Shown here piece after piece: positions 1 to 11,735 of a stretch of DNA of 64,000 nt. Within the stretch, counting starts at the first letter, position 1; each line of letters starts with the position of its first letter. A program made the translations under genes and the position numbers. The notes under the pieces are model-generated. The model did no database searches, had not been told where the DNA came from, and saw only the letters and a list, made by a program, of their open reading frames with translations. The DNA comes from Camelus ferus (lineage: Eukaryota), in contig NC_045697.1 in assembly GCF_009834535.1 (NCBI RefSeq), forward strand, positions 13,890,001 through 13,954,000, given 5' to 3'.

Positions 1-467
1 GGGGGGGGGCAGGAGAGTGGTAGCAGTTGCCAGACATACATCACAATAAAAAGACAAGAAGAAACAAGGAAATTCTCTTCCAAAACAGTGGGGCAAAAAT
101 ATCCAGAACGTCCCTGAAATAAAGGAAACCTTCTGGTTACAACGTGCGTTGCTAGGGATTTATTTTTTCCCTCCTTTCCTAAGAGAGTAAAATCACACAG
201 ACACATTCAAGCCCTTGGAGTTTTGTGAGCGTACTGTGTATTCAAGATGTCAACAGAGCACGGTGCTCAGTGCGTGACTACAAAGAAAGGGTTAAACGGA
301 AGGGGGTGGCTCGGAGATGGGAGGCTGGCGAGAAGGTTCAAAAACACCACTTCCCAACTTGCAAAAACTCTGAACTTTTAAGCTCCCCAAAATACACATG
401 TGTGTGTCTGAGCGCAGCAGATCTATTTCGGTGGATTTTTTTTTTTTTTTTAATTTTAAAACCATAA

Positions 468-484
468 TCTCTCTCTCTCTCTCT
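468..484. repeat. (TC)8 microsatellite, next to a poly-T run at 436-451
   Basis: Direct reading. Confidence 0.9.
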
Positions 485-819
485 TGCTGCGCTTCAAACA
501 CTGAGCAGCCCCCTTAGGATCGCGTGGCAAAAGCTGCAGCGGAGAAACTGGCAGCGCTATTTATGAGCAGCGTTCAAAGCCGCCCTCCCGTCATCCCCCC
601 GCAGCGAACGACCATCTTCGAGCCTGGGTCACCTCGGGGACCCTGGAGCTGGGGGCGGGGTCCCGGGAACCTCCTTCCTCCGCCAAACTTCGCCGTGGCG
701 TGGGAGCGAGGGCGCGGGCCGGGGTGCGCGGGAACGCGCCGCCCGCCGCCGCCTCCGCCCGGCGCTGGCAGCTGGGGCCTCACCTCTCCCGGGCGAGGTG
801 CGGGCTCCCCGCGCGCAGC

Positions 820-910
820 CACTGGGCGGAGCCGGGCCGCACGGGGCGGGGCCGAGGGGGCCGGGGCTCCGCCGGCTATATAAAGCCGGCGCCGGCTTAA
901 CTTCTGACTT
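820..910 (+). promoter_or_regulatory. SLIT2: SLIT2 core promoter: Sp/KLF GC boxes plus TATA box; TSS predicted near 905-910
   Basis: GGGCGGAG (824-831), GGGGCGGGGC (843-852) and TATATAAA (877-884), an isolated AT-rich motif in GC-rich DNA. TSS inferred from the usual ~30 nt TATA spacing. Confidence 0.7.
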
Positions 911-2832
911 GGGGTTATTTATTTGGGGAGCGCGCGGACGGCGGAGGCTGACGGAGGAGGCGGCGGCGGCAGTGGCTGCCGCAGACGGTGGTTAAAAAAA
1001 GGCGGCGGCGGCGGCAGCGGCGGCGGCAAGGGATGGGAGCGCCGTGGCTCCCGGGCGCAGGCGGGAGCTGCCGAGCTTTCCGGGCAAGGCGGGAGTACTG
1101 AGGAGAAAGGGGAGCGTCTGAGGGGCCCGCAGCCGGCTCCCGAGGCACGGGCCGGGTTTTTGTTCGGCTGCGCTGAGCGCCAGGCAGCCCGAGCCAACAA
1201 CTCCAGTTACAACAACAACCCACCTTCCCGCAGCCGAGCGAGACTAGGGCTGCTGCGTCCGTCCTATTGTTTAGACACTTGCCAGGAGCTCGGGAGTCTG
1301 CGGAGCCTCCGAGTCCCCGCTCCCTGTTGCCGCCTTCCCTCTCCCCCACTTCCCTCCCCAGAGAAGGAGGCGCGGAAAGACCGGGAGAGGGGAAGGGGCT
1401 GGAAGGAAACGGGCTGCTCCGGACTGCGGCCGCCGAGTCAGGTGCAGCGCTGGGAGACGGGCGGCGTCGCGACGTCGGCGGGAGGACTCCCACCGTGTCT
1501 GTGAGGACTGGATTCTAAGCCTGGGAAAAGTTCCTGCACTTTGAGAAGAAGGGCCCACTTGTAGGCTACTGTCGAGGGGGGAGCCCGAGGGGCTGTGCTT
1601 GCCCAGGAGCCCGGTCTTGTTTCTTCCACCTTTGCCATCAGGTGTCTGCTGCGGAGCTGCGGCGTATGCGGGAGACGAAAGGGGCTGACACACACACGCA
1701 CAGGGGACTGCCGTGCAGCTGCCTCCTGGGGTCTCCTCGGGAGTAGCAGATCCCACGACCGTCTACCAGCTACCATCTCGCCACCCTCCGGAACACCCCT
1801 GCCTGACTGGGACGCGGACACCTCCACCTTGGCCTTTCCACTCTTTCCTGCCGGCCTGCCAGCCAGTTCCCTACTTAGTCTTCTCAGGAGCTCTCGTCCT
1901 TAACTTGGTCTCTAGGATTTTCTCTACCGTGGTCGTGACTAGTGGATATTTCTGCCGGCTGCGGCGGCGCGACTGCCCTTTTGTCTTTTCTGCGTGACCT
2001 CGGTGAAGGCCTTGGTGCGGAGCGTCGCCAAGGACGCCAGGCGGGAGGCAGAACTGCCCAGACATCCTTCAGCGAAGTGAAGGTTTATTTGAAAACCGCC
2101 CTCGGCTGTCAGTAGACGACGAGGACCCGTCCGGACTGCGGAGGAGCCGCAGGCCGGTGGGAGGCCGCGTGAGTGAGCCGAGCAGCGCCAGGAGCCCCGC
2201 AGCGCCGTCCCGCGTCCCCCAGGCTGCGCGCCAGCCCTGTGCGCCCCCGCGCGCCATGCCCAGTGGTTCAGCGCGCTCCACTCCCAGCCCGTGGGGCTCC
2301 TGCGCCTTCTAGTTTCGAAGAGCCCACTTTAATCGAGTCCACCATTTCTACTGAGCCCTTCTCTTCTGTCTCCTGCAGTCCCCACTGGAATTGGATTTGC
2401 AGAGGGAGTCGTGGAATCTGAGCATCCTTGACCCACGCGCAACCAGTCCCTGCATCTTCACCGCCGTTGGGAGTCCCAGGTCTTTTACCACCAAGTTGAT
2501 ATTTGCGAGACAGACGAGGCGTGATCTCCCGGCCTTCTCTGGGGTCTCCCTATAGCCTTGGCCAGGCCAGTTGATCTTCAGGACCTAAAGTTGCCCAAGG
2601 AGCGTCTGCCCTGCTAGAGGAGAGTGAGGGTTACTAAGAGGCGTGTACCCATGTCAGCTCTACTGCCTTGAATATTACTGTTACTTCCATATTATTTTGT
2701 GCACATTTTCCGGACACTCTGGGTTGCTAGCCTCGCTCCAGGCACTGGGCCTCAGGCTCAGCACGGTTCGAGCGGAGTAGCAAGCTAAAGAGAAACCCTC
2801 GGCGCCTACGAGCGAGGAGGCGGCAGGGGAAG
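908..2832 (+). other. SLIT2: Putative ~1.9 kb 5' UTR (non-coding part of exon 1)
   Basis: Lies between the predicted TSS and the ATG at 2833. Consistent with my recollection of a long human SLIT2 leader; not verifiable from sequence alone. Confidence 0.55.
1001..1027 (+). repeat. (GGC)5 AGC (GGC)3 trinucleotide repeat in the 5' leader
   Basis: ggcggcggcggcggcagcggcggcggc; a shorter (GGA)2(GGC)4 run lies at 953-970. Confidence 0.9.
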
Positions 2833-3011
2833 ATGTGCGGCGTCGGCTGGCAGACGCTGTCCCTGTCGCTGGGGTTAGTGCTGGCGATCCTGAACAAGGT
2901 GGCGCCGCAAGCGTGCCCGGCGCAGTGCTCCTGCTCTGGGAGCACAGTGGACTGTCACGGACTGGCGCTGCGCAGTGTGCCCAGGAACATCCCCCGCAAC
3001 ACCGAGAGACT
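2833..3011 (+). CDS. SLIT2: SLIT2 coding exon 1 (179 nt): signal peptide, LRRNT cap and start of first LRR
   Basis: Translates to [60 protein letters not shown], essentially the known SLIT2 N-terminus. Kozak gaagATG; donor CT|GTGAGT (phase 2). Confidence 0.98.
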
Positions 3012-5696
3012 GTGAGTATGAGCTCTTCCTCCCCCTTCCTCCTCACCATCGGGGTTGCGTGGCCCCTGCTTGAAGACTGGAGGGACCAAGAGGCACAGGG
3101 ACCTGTGCCTGGGGCAGCCCTCACCAGCTTTCCTGAACGCGCATCCTGGGCTTGAACTCTGGTAGGGCGCTGCCCAGGGAGGGGCCGCTGCCCAAGGAGG
3201 GGCGGGCCCGCTTGCAGCTGCGCTTGATCCCTTCCTCCCGCTCTAGTCCCGCCACTCGCAGCCCTTTGCGGGCGAGATATCTGAGGCTGGGGAGGAAGAG
3301 AGATGGGGAACAAGTAGTCGCGGATGCCCGGGGCAAAGGAGACGCGACTTTGTTCCTCGGACTCTGTAAACGGAGTCAGTCACCTTGCGGTTGGGAACTC
3401 TCGCGGGTCTGTTCAGGGCCGAGTACCCGCTCTTGTCACCGCCGGGTGGCGCGAGGAGAGGGGATGGCGGGGAGGGGGGCTCAAAAGAGAGAAACCTCCT
3501 TTCCCCGGCTTTGTGTCGCCCTCCTGGGGAATCAGGGAAAGGAGAAGGGGTCGTGGGGCAGCTGGGTCCGCCCGGGGGCGCTTCTACTGGCCGCGGAAAG
3601 AAAGGTATCTCAGGACAGCGGCAGCTCCCCCGGTGGCCGCGCATGGCCCCCCGCGACCCTTCCCCGGCCTCCCACTTCCACGGGAGGGAGGCGGCGGCGG
3701 CGGCGAGCCCCCAGGGATCTGTCCGAGGGGGAGACTCCGGAGGAGAACCGCATCCTATCGACTAGGCGAAGTTAGGGCTGGCCCTCCCACAGGAACCAGC
3801 CAAGTCGGGTCCGACCGCTTTGGCGACCCCGCGGCCCTCGGCTGCCCTCTCCAGCCCTTCCTGCTGAGCCCCGGTGCCCCCTTTGCACCTTTCTGGCAGT
3901 TTCTGCATCCCTTCACGCGGCAGCAGCTCCCCTTCCTTCCTCTCTTCGCGCTCTGCTGCCCGCAGACATCCCCGCCTCCCTGTCTCTTCGAGTCTCTAAT
4001 GAAGAAGTAAATCGCAGCCCCAGTGTTGACGGCCCACGCGCTCCTTGCGGGGCGCTTCCCGAGTTCAGGGAAGCGGAGCGTGGAGGCCGTTCCCTTTGTG
4101 AACGCCGAGGCCGCCGCCCCGCGCCGCGCCGTCGCGCGTGGGCCCGGCGGGGCGAGCGCTCCCGGGCTGCGCTCCCGGCCTCTGCGCCCGGGGGGGTGAG
4201 TGTGGCAGGCCTCCGAGGGCACCCGCTCGGCCCCGCACGTCTCCACCCGCGGAGCCCGCAGCGCGTCGAGTCGCTCTTCTTATCCAACCCCTTTCCCTCG
4301 CCCTCAGTGTAAAGGCCAGAGTTGAGCCATTTCTCCCTTTGCAAATGGCTCCCCCACCCTGAAGCTCCCTGGGCCTCCCCCTACCCCTTCTCGTCCCTCC
4401 TTCCAGGCCCGGCGCGCTGGGCAAGTTGGGGGCCTACAGAGGGTGTCTGGTCAAAATGCGATCTACCAAGTTTGCCTGGGATGGGCTATGGGGCGGGGGA
4501 TTCTTGTTCTGTCAAGAAGCAGGAAGAGGACCCTGACTATGGTAGGGACAGTTCGGTAGTTCTTCGCTCAGCCCGGAAAGTAAGTTGGGGAAAAAGCAAT
4601 GCAGACTTCTGTTTTATCACTTGTCATTTCATGCTGTTCAGAACAGTTTAAAGTTTAAGCAGTGACACGTCTTATTCAACAAAAAAGGAAATGCATTAAG
4701 GGAAAAAATAGCAATCGAGTTTTAGGGACTTGGAAAAAAAATAGCCCAATGAGAGACCTATAAAGAATTTTCAGAAAATAGTTTACATCAGGTCAGGCTT
4801 ATAAAATTTTATCGTTGACAACATAAACATATTAAATACAGATTTCAAAAGTGATGTTTTAAAGTCAAGGTAAGGTTTACTTCCGTGAAGAAGGACATTG
4901 AAACCACAGCCAAACTTGGTTTTACTTGAAATGATTGGAACCAGGGCAAGTTTAGATCTTGACCTAAGATGCCAGAAAAGGGGGTTGTACTCTTGAAGGA
5001 AACTTGGTGCTGAAATCTGAACAAAAACCGTCAGGGCCTGAATACTGCTTCCATTTCTGCCCAGGCTAGTAGTTTTTACTTTACTGTCACAGCGGGGGTC
5101 CCTGAGCTGCAAATGAAGAGTTTAGTTTTCATACAAACATAGAATTGTTGGAAGGTAAATGCCTCTAAATGCGAGTCTTTGAAGTGCAGTTCTTTTGATG
5201 ACACTCTGACTTTACTCATTGCCTTAGGAAGTTTAGCTACTGTGGGCACCTAAGTTTACGCTTCTGAATTTTTAAAATTTTTTCCTAAATAGTATTAGAA
5301 AATTGTTCATTTTAACTTCCTGAAGGCAACTTTCTGGGAATGTGCCTAACAATAATAGTAAATAGTAGAATACCTGTGAAATTAATATACACATCCTTAT
5401 AAAAACAAAAATTGAAAGCTCTCCCACACACACGAAGAGTTTTCGTGATAACATAATCACTTCATTTTCTTGTCATATGCCAACGAGCATGGACTCTGTA
5501 AACTTGTTAAGAATCATTTTAAGAATTTTCTTTCAAAGATTACTTCCTTCTCTCTCTTTTACTTTGTGAACTACTTTAGTAATTGGAACTGATCTTTCAT
5601 CTCAAAGTTCTTATGTAGCTTGTATTTTTCTTTGTTTAGCCAAATGTTGCTAGAAATTACATGGGCCTTTCATTTTCTTAATTTGTTTTTTCTCAG

Positions 5697-5768
5697 GGAT
5701 TTAAATGGAAATAACATCACACGGATTACCAAGACAGACTTTGCTGGTCTTAGGCACCTAAGAGTTCT
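5697..5768 (+). CDS. SLIT2: SLIT2 coding exon 2 (72 nt, one LRR)
   Basis: Acceptor tttgttttttctcag|G. Encodes (L)[23 protein letters not shown](L). Donor CT|GTAAGT. In frame with exon 1. Confidence 0.98.
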
Positions 5769-6917
5769 GTAAGTATGTTCTTCTGTGTTTTGGAGCATTC
5801 TCTTTGTTTTTTAAGGTTGCATATTTTGAATCTTTGCTGATCTCAGTTGTAAAAACCTTCCCAGTAACAGAAACATAATTTTTTAGAAGGTCTTGGTGGC
5901 CTTTCTTTTTTTTGCTTAACAGTGTACTACAAATTTTATTAAAAATGTAGGCTTTTATTTTAAGGTTGGATGCAGGCCATATAAACAATATTATGGAAAT
6001 GACCTCAGATGTTTGCTATACTATATCCTAAGTGCCTTATGCATATAAAAGTGTAGAATAATTGCTTTCACAATATGAATGAGTAATGTGAGACTTTCTA
6101 TATACTTTTAGGCCTTGGAATTAACTAGGAAGAATTTAAGTGGGTCTGCATTTTATAATTACTAACCTAAAAATGTTCAGACTTTTCTAGCAAACAACAC
6201 TTAGATATAATTTCTAACATTAAAATCTGGCAGTCCAGGTTTTCGCAGGGTTTTTGGTGGGAACTGTTTCTCTGTAAAAATATTTTGGTCAGATTTTAAA
6301 TTGTTTCTTGTGTTTTTTTATCTTTGCAGCTTTTATAAAATTGTTGCAGTATGATTACTTCTTTAATTAGCATGTGAATGAACCGTCATTTGAGATTCAA
6401 TGTAATGTAAAGTTGTTTTCACCCACAGATTTGTAAATATTTACATTGCAGTGAACATATACTTTTGATCATTGTGTGTTCACTGTTCAATTTTAAAAGA
6501 CACCTTTTAGCCTTTATGAATTCTTCCAATTTCTAACATCCATCCATCTGTGAATTGAAGTATGTCTATAATGAATTCTTGTATATTGATTCTTTCAGTT
6601 AAGAACTGACTTGAAAAACAGCCATCAAAGTTGCAGTGTCATGGGCTGCTCCCTCAGGATGTACTATGGTTTAAGGTTCAGAATTTTGACTAAATTTTGT
6701 GCAAAACTGAATTAGTATTTTCTATGAAAGTTTTATGATGTGGATGCTACCTTCCCTCCCTGATTTTTCTCAAGCATATCATCATTAGATTTGATACCAA
6801 ATCTCAAAGCAGAGCAATATTTAACTTCATAGAGGGAAAAGTTTTCAGCTGCTGAATTGAAACTTTTTTAGATGCTGAGTGTTAACATTAAGACTTCTCT
6901 TATACTTTGCCTTTCAG

Positions 6918-6989
6918 TCAGCTTATGGAGAATAAGATTAGCACTATTGAAAGAGGAGCATTCCAGGATCTTAAAGAACTGGAGAGACT
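6918..6989 (+). CDS. SLIT2: SLIT2 coding exon 3 (72 nt, one LRR)
   Basis: Acceptor ctttgcctttcag|T. Encodes (L)[23 protein letters not shown](L). Donor CT|GTAAGT. Confidence 0.98.
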
Positions 6990-9900
6990 GTAAGTATTTT
7001 CAATTCTAAACTTATGACGACATAACTATATTTTTAAAAATACTTGAATTGCAAGGACCATGTCTTCAATTCTATGTCTTAGTCTTTGTAAGTTTACAGA
7101 AACAAGAGGTTGAATAAATGATTTTCAGACTCATTTACAATTAGAAGTTGTAGAATTTTTGCGTAAATAGTACTAACTTGTAATAAAGTAAAAAATACAG
7201 ACTTAACTTTCCTGAGTCATTTACTCCCTTGATAGCCATTGTTTTGAACTTAGAGATGTACATATTTGTCGTATTCTTTATCTAGTTTGTTGTATTTGCT
7301 TATGTAGGAAGACAGGTGGGAATTTTATTTGCCTTTATGGTGTGTTATAGAAAAGAAAATTTTGCTAGTAGTTATTTTAGTTTTCATGCTGTTGCTGTGT
7401 GTGGGTCGTTAGTGACATTTGAAGAAATATTTAAAGTTCTTAGTGATAAAGATTTACTTTCTGATATTTAACACATATGGTGAGCATTGTTAATAACTGC
7501 TATTCACAGTTTTATTTCATTATTTTATAGTAGCTTTCTAAATATTTTTTGCTGGAAAAAGAATTTAAAGGTTAGTAGAAATGGAAGTAAGAATTATGCT
7601 ATCAAAGCACGTCATTTAACATTGATTCTTTTTTCCCAAGAAAATAAAATGTGGACTTCAGAATTTAAAATATATTTTTATTTTTCAGACACAAAATCAT
7701 ATATTACTTAACGACCATTATTATTTTATGTCTATGGAATATACTTACAAAAGATAAAACCTCTGTCTGAAATAATTAGGGTAAAATACACACTTTGTAA
7801 TTTGAAATATTAATTCCATATCTTGTATGTCTTGATAATTCAAGTTTAGTAGCTTTGTATTTTTAATGACAAATAACAGCTCTATTAAAAGTAGCAACAA
7901 TTATTTTAATAAGTTTCAATGCCTGCTTTAAGAAGCACTGTAGGTAAAAATAAAAATTTTATTTAAAATAGTGAAATACGAAGTTCATTTTAGGCATAGC
8001 TCATATTCAGATTTATTGGACCCAAGGGCAAAAGTTAATTTTGTGTAATTGTAAGTACAAAAATGGCTTGTCAACTTCTAAGATATTTGTAAATATAAAC
8101 TACATTTTTATAACCTCAAGTAAAATTAAACACACAGATACTTAATTTTGCTATAAAATTTTGTTCATGATAAATATTACAATGTAGAAAATATAATTGT
8201 GACATTCAAAATAAATTTAAAACCACTACTTAGAGCTAGTTTGGGGGAAGGACTAAAAATAAGGTAAACATTTGGTTAAGTTTGTAAGTTTATAACCTGT
8301 CCCTTAGTATATAAAAATACTCTGAAAGTATTCTTTGATCTTTTTCATAAATAGCTAATTTCTAGTGAGTACTTGACAAAGGTATTTTTAACTTATCCAT
8401 TAAAAACCTGAGTAAAAAAAAATTAAATATCTGATAAGGTGAATAGATAATTTTAAATTATCATTTAAACATTAACAGTTTTTTTCATGAACAACTTTTA
8501 GTTATTCATAGATATGTGTTTAGTATTCATGTATATATGTGTTTCCATGTGAGCTATATGTATATTTTTTTTCTTAAACAACTTTGACATCGTTGAAGGA
8601 GAATCTCAGTGGCTTTTCCTGAAGTCTCTATTTTGTTTATATTGTAGTTTTAAATATTTTCAGAAACACTGAAACAGAACAGGCTTCTTCATTATTTTTC
8701 GAACCACTTTGGAGTATCATTTGAACTTCATCTTGAATAAACTAACTTTTCCTAAAAATTATTAACCAGATGCCTTATGATCTGAAATTTGATTAGAGTT
8801 GTAAGTGAGTCCTGTTTTTTGACTTTTACTTCACCCGGGAATGTCACTTCATCTCAGAACAATTTTCTATTCTACTAAGATGCAGTCAGATGTTTCAGAG
8901 TGGGAGGAGGATGTGTAATTTTGAATGAAAACTAATATATATGCAGGACTTCTTTAAATCACCCCAGCTGTTGGCTGAGAGCAAATATTTCATATTTGTG
9001 AGGAAAAGCTGAGAAAATTCCTTTTGTTTACAACTGCCAAGTCCATCTGATGGAAGCACATTGTTATTTGACAGCCAATTCATCTCCTTGGGACTCTGGA
9101 ATTCAAAACCATTTCTTAGGAACATTGTGGATACACTTTTCAAATATTTATTTTTTTTAAATACATTAAATGGCAAGCAGTTTTGCTAAAGAATGAATTC
9201 AAGTTATTGTGGAACAAACTATTTTAAATTGTGTTCAGTATATTAATTAAAAAATTAAAATCAAGAAAAGTCACCCAGAGAATTCTATAATCCCAATTAC
9301 TGTGGCCTTACAGTAATATTACTATGGTATATATTCTTCTTATAGTAAGTTATGTCATTAACATCACACAAATTGCTTTTTTTTTTTTTCCCTTTCAAAA
9401 AGCTGCAAGGGACAGTGTAAGAAACAGGATGTAATCAATGAGCTAACTTTTAAATAATTATATCTCATGTGAGCTTATATGTTTTTTAGCAATTTAGACG
9501 TGAATTTTAAATTCAAACTCCAAAAATCATGAAAAGTTATATAAATGCAGGTTTACGTTGTAAATGCCATTTATACTATATTATAGCAACTTAATTTTCA
9601 TTCTTTGTGTGAAGAACAAAAAAATAAAAACCTTCACTTTACTCGTGTGCAATTTATGGTTCTAAGTTATTTTTTCATTTTAGAATGATAACATAAAAAC
9701 AATTCCAAATGATATTTTAGGAATATTTCAATAAACGTAAGTTTTTTTCTTTCTGTTTTATGTTGCTAGAGTTTTTAACTTGATCTAGAGAAAGAAGACA
9801 CCTGGAAACAGAGGGATAAGATCTGGGCTTTTTCGAAACCCAACTTTTAATCTCTCAAGTAACAGGGTCACGTTATTAGGTTGAATTTAGTTTTAGCATA

Positions 9901-11735
9901 GGATAATAAAATGATGATTGGTAAATCAAAGCGTTACAGCTACAAAAAAAAACCCACAATTTTTCCACCTCAAAGAATTGATGAAATAGAAGGTTATCAG
10001 TCAAGAAGTAGATGGAGATTAAAATCCTCCCTCCGAATTTCCCTTTCTTCCTTCCTTTCCTGTCTCACTGCCTCCCTTTGCACTTACTCCCTTCTTTGTA
10101 TTGTATAGAAAACATCAGATGATACGATGATCAGAATGTGGCTATGAATCGTTGTAAAAGGAGCAAGTTTTGATCACGCCTACACACTATGAGCACACGG
10201 TGCTTCCTGTGTTGACAGCTTCCTGCTGTACTCCCGCACCTAACGTGTGCGCTGGCAGAATCCCCTGGATGCTCGGTTGCCAGTAGTACCTCCTTATCTG
10301 GCATGAGAGTGAAGCCTTGAGAATGTGCCTTGTGTAGATTGTGGCAACAGGTCTCATGTTGTTTAATCAAATGTTCACATGCAATCTGATGTCATTAAGC
10401 GATATTCATTGGAAATTAAGGAAAAAACAGATGACAAATAAGCTACAGTAAGAAATTGGAATATTTACAAATTATACCTCTTTATACTTCACAGAAGATA
10501 CCTGTGCATACCTGCAATTAGATCTCCATGCAGAATTATTAATTCAAGGTACTTCTTGGTTACTGCATAATGTGTTAAAGGTAAAAACAAAATCACATTG
10601 GGGTCCAGGACTTTTGTGTGCTGGTATAAAGTTCTGTTGTTCACTTACGTCTTACCAGATTTTGCTGCAGTCATTAAAGTTCTATCTTTTGGCCTTTTAA
10701 AGAGACCCAGGCCAGTTCAGCTTTTGCAAGTTCTTTGATAACACAAATGGCAAGAGTATGAGAATGTTTTTGAGATTTTTTTAAGGTTGTTCAAAAAAAT
10801 GTTAGGGCATTTTGTGCTGAATGCAATGAAATGCTCCTAATGCAAAGTAAAATGTGAATATGTCTAGGTTACATTACTGAGAACCAGTAGCACACCACTG
10901 GAAACCTTGGATGTTAGATTTTTCATTAACTTCACAGTCATCTTATACCCTTACAATAAGGAAATTACAGAAGTGATGAAAGCAAGGACTTGGACGGCTC
11001 CTTTGTTCCGACCAATAAGGTGTTAAGATGTTCTTTTAAGACAGTGTTGCTCTAAATGCTGCAAGTTTTAGTATCTTTGGATTTCAGATTACAATTTTTC
11101 TACTTTGTCACTGGATACTCATTTTTGCTTGAAAACAAAAAAAAAAGTCTTGAAAATATTATTATAATGAAGTCATGCAAGGAATCTTGGAAAAGAAACC
11201 TGCTCACATTAGATATTTTAAAGTTTCTACCAAGTAGATAGGAAGACAATACTCAACTGTAATTTAAAAATGTCTTTACTATAGAGCCTAAGTGTGACTC
11301 CTGAAAGGAAATCTAAAAGGCACCTGTCTTTTTTGAAGGTGCTAAGTGAGTTCTCCCGGGGTGCACACAGCACACGTGAGCGTGTGACCCAGCCAGCGTG
11401 GGGCTGAGGAACTGTGGCACCCTAGAATTTTCGCTATAGGTCGCTACCCATGAGTCCAGGTAGAGATTGTGTTGTGGAACAGGTCTGAGGGAGGGCACCT
11501 CTTATCCCCTGTTCTTCAAGGAGGTACAGAATCCCTCTTCTGACCAATTCTGCAAGTTTATAGGCAACGCATCACACATTCTTTTTCTTAAAGTAAGAGT
11601 AACCTTATAGTGCTACTCTCCTTGGAAAGGAATGCAAGCTCATCTCAAACGAATTGTTCTCTGGCATCTTTACACCCAAGCTTAAAATCACTGCAGTTAT
11701 TTTCTTGGGAAAGACTCCTTAAAGAACACATCAGA

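Larger units (their letters stand above)
490..4420. promoter_or_regulatory. CpG island spanning the SLIT2 promoter, exon 1 and proximal intron 1
   Basis: Very GC-rich with dense CpG (cgcg, ggcggc, ccgg runs), then an abrupt switch to AT-rich, CpG-poor sequence after ~4.5 kb. Boundaries estimated by eye. Confidence 0.92.

Noticed and set aside
524..4651. Many overlapping 60-228 aa ORFs on both strands
   Set aside because: Pro/Gly/Arg/Ala-rich, mostly non-ATG starts, no recognisable domains. This is the expected stop-codon scarcity of a CpG island. Only 2833-3011 is a recognisable CDS.
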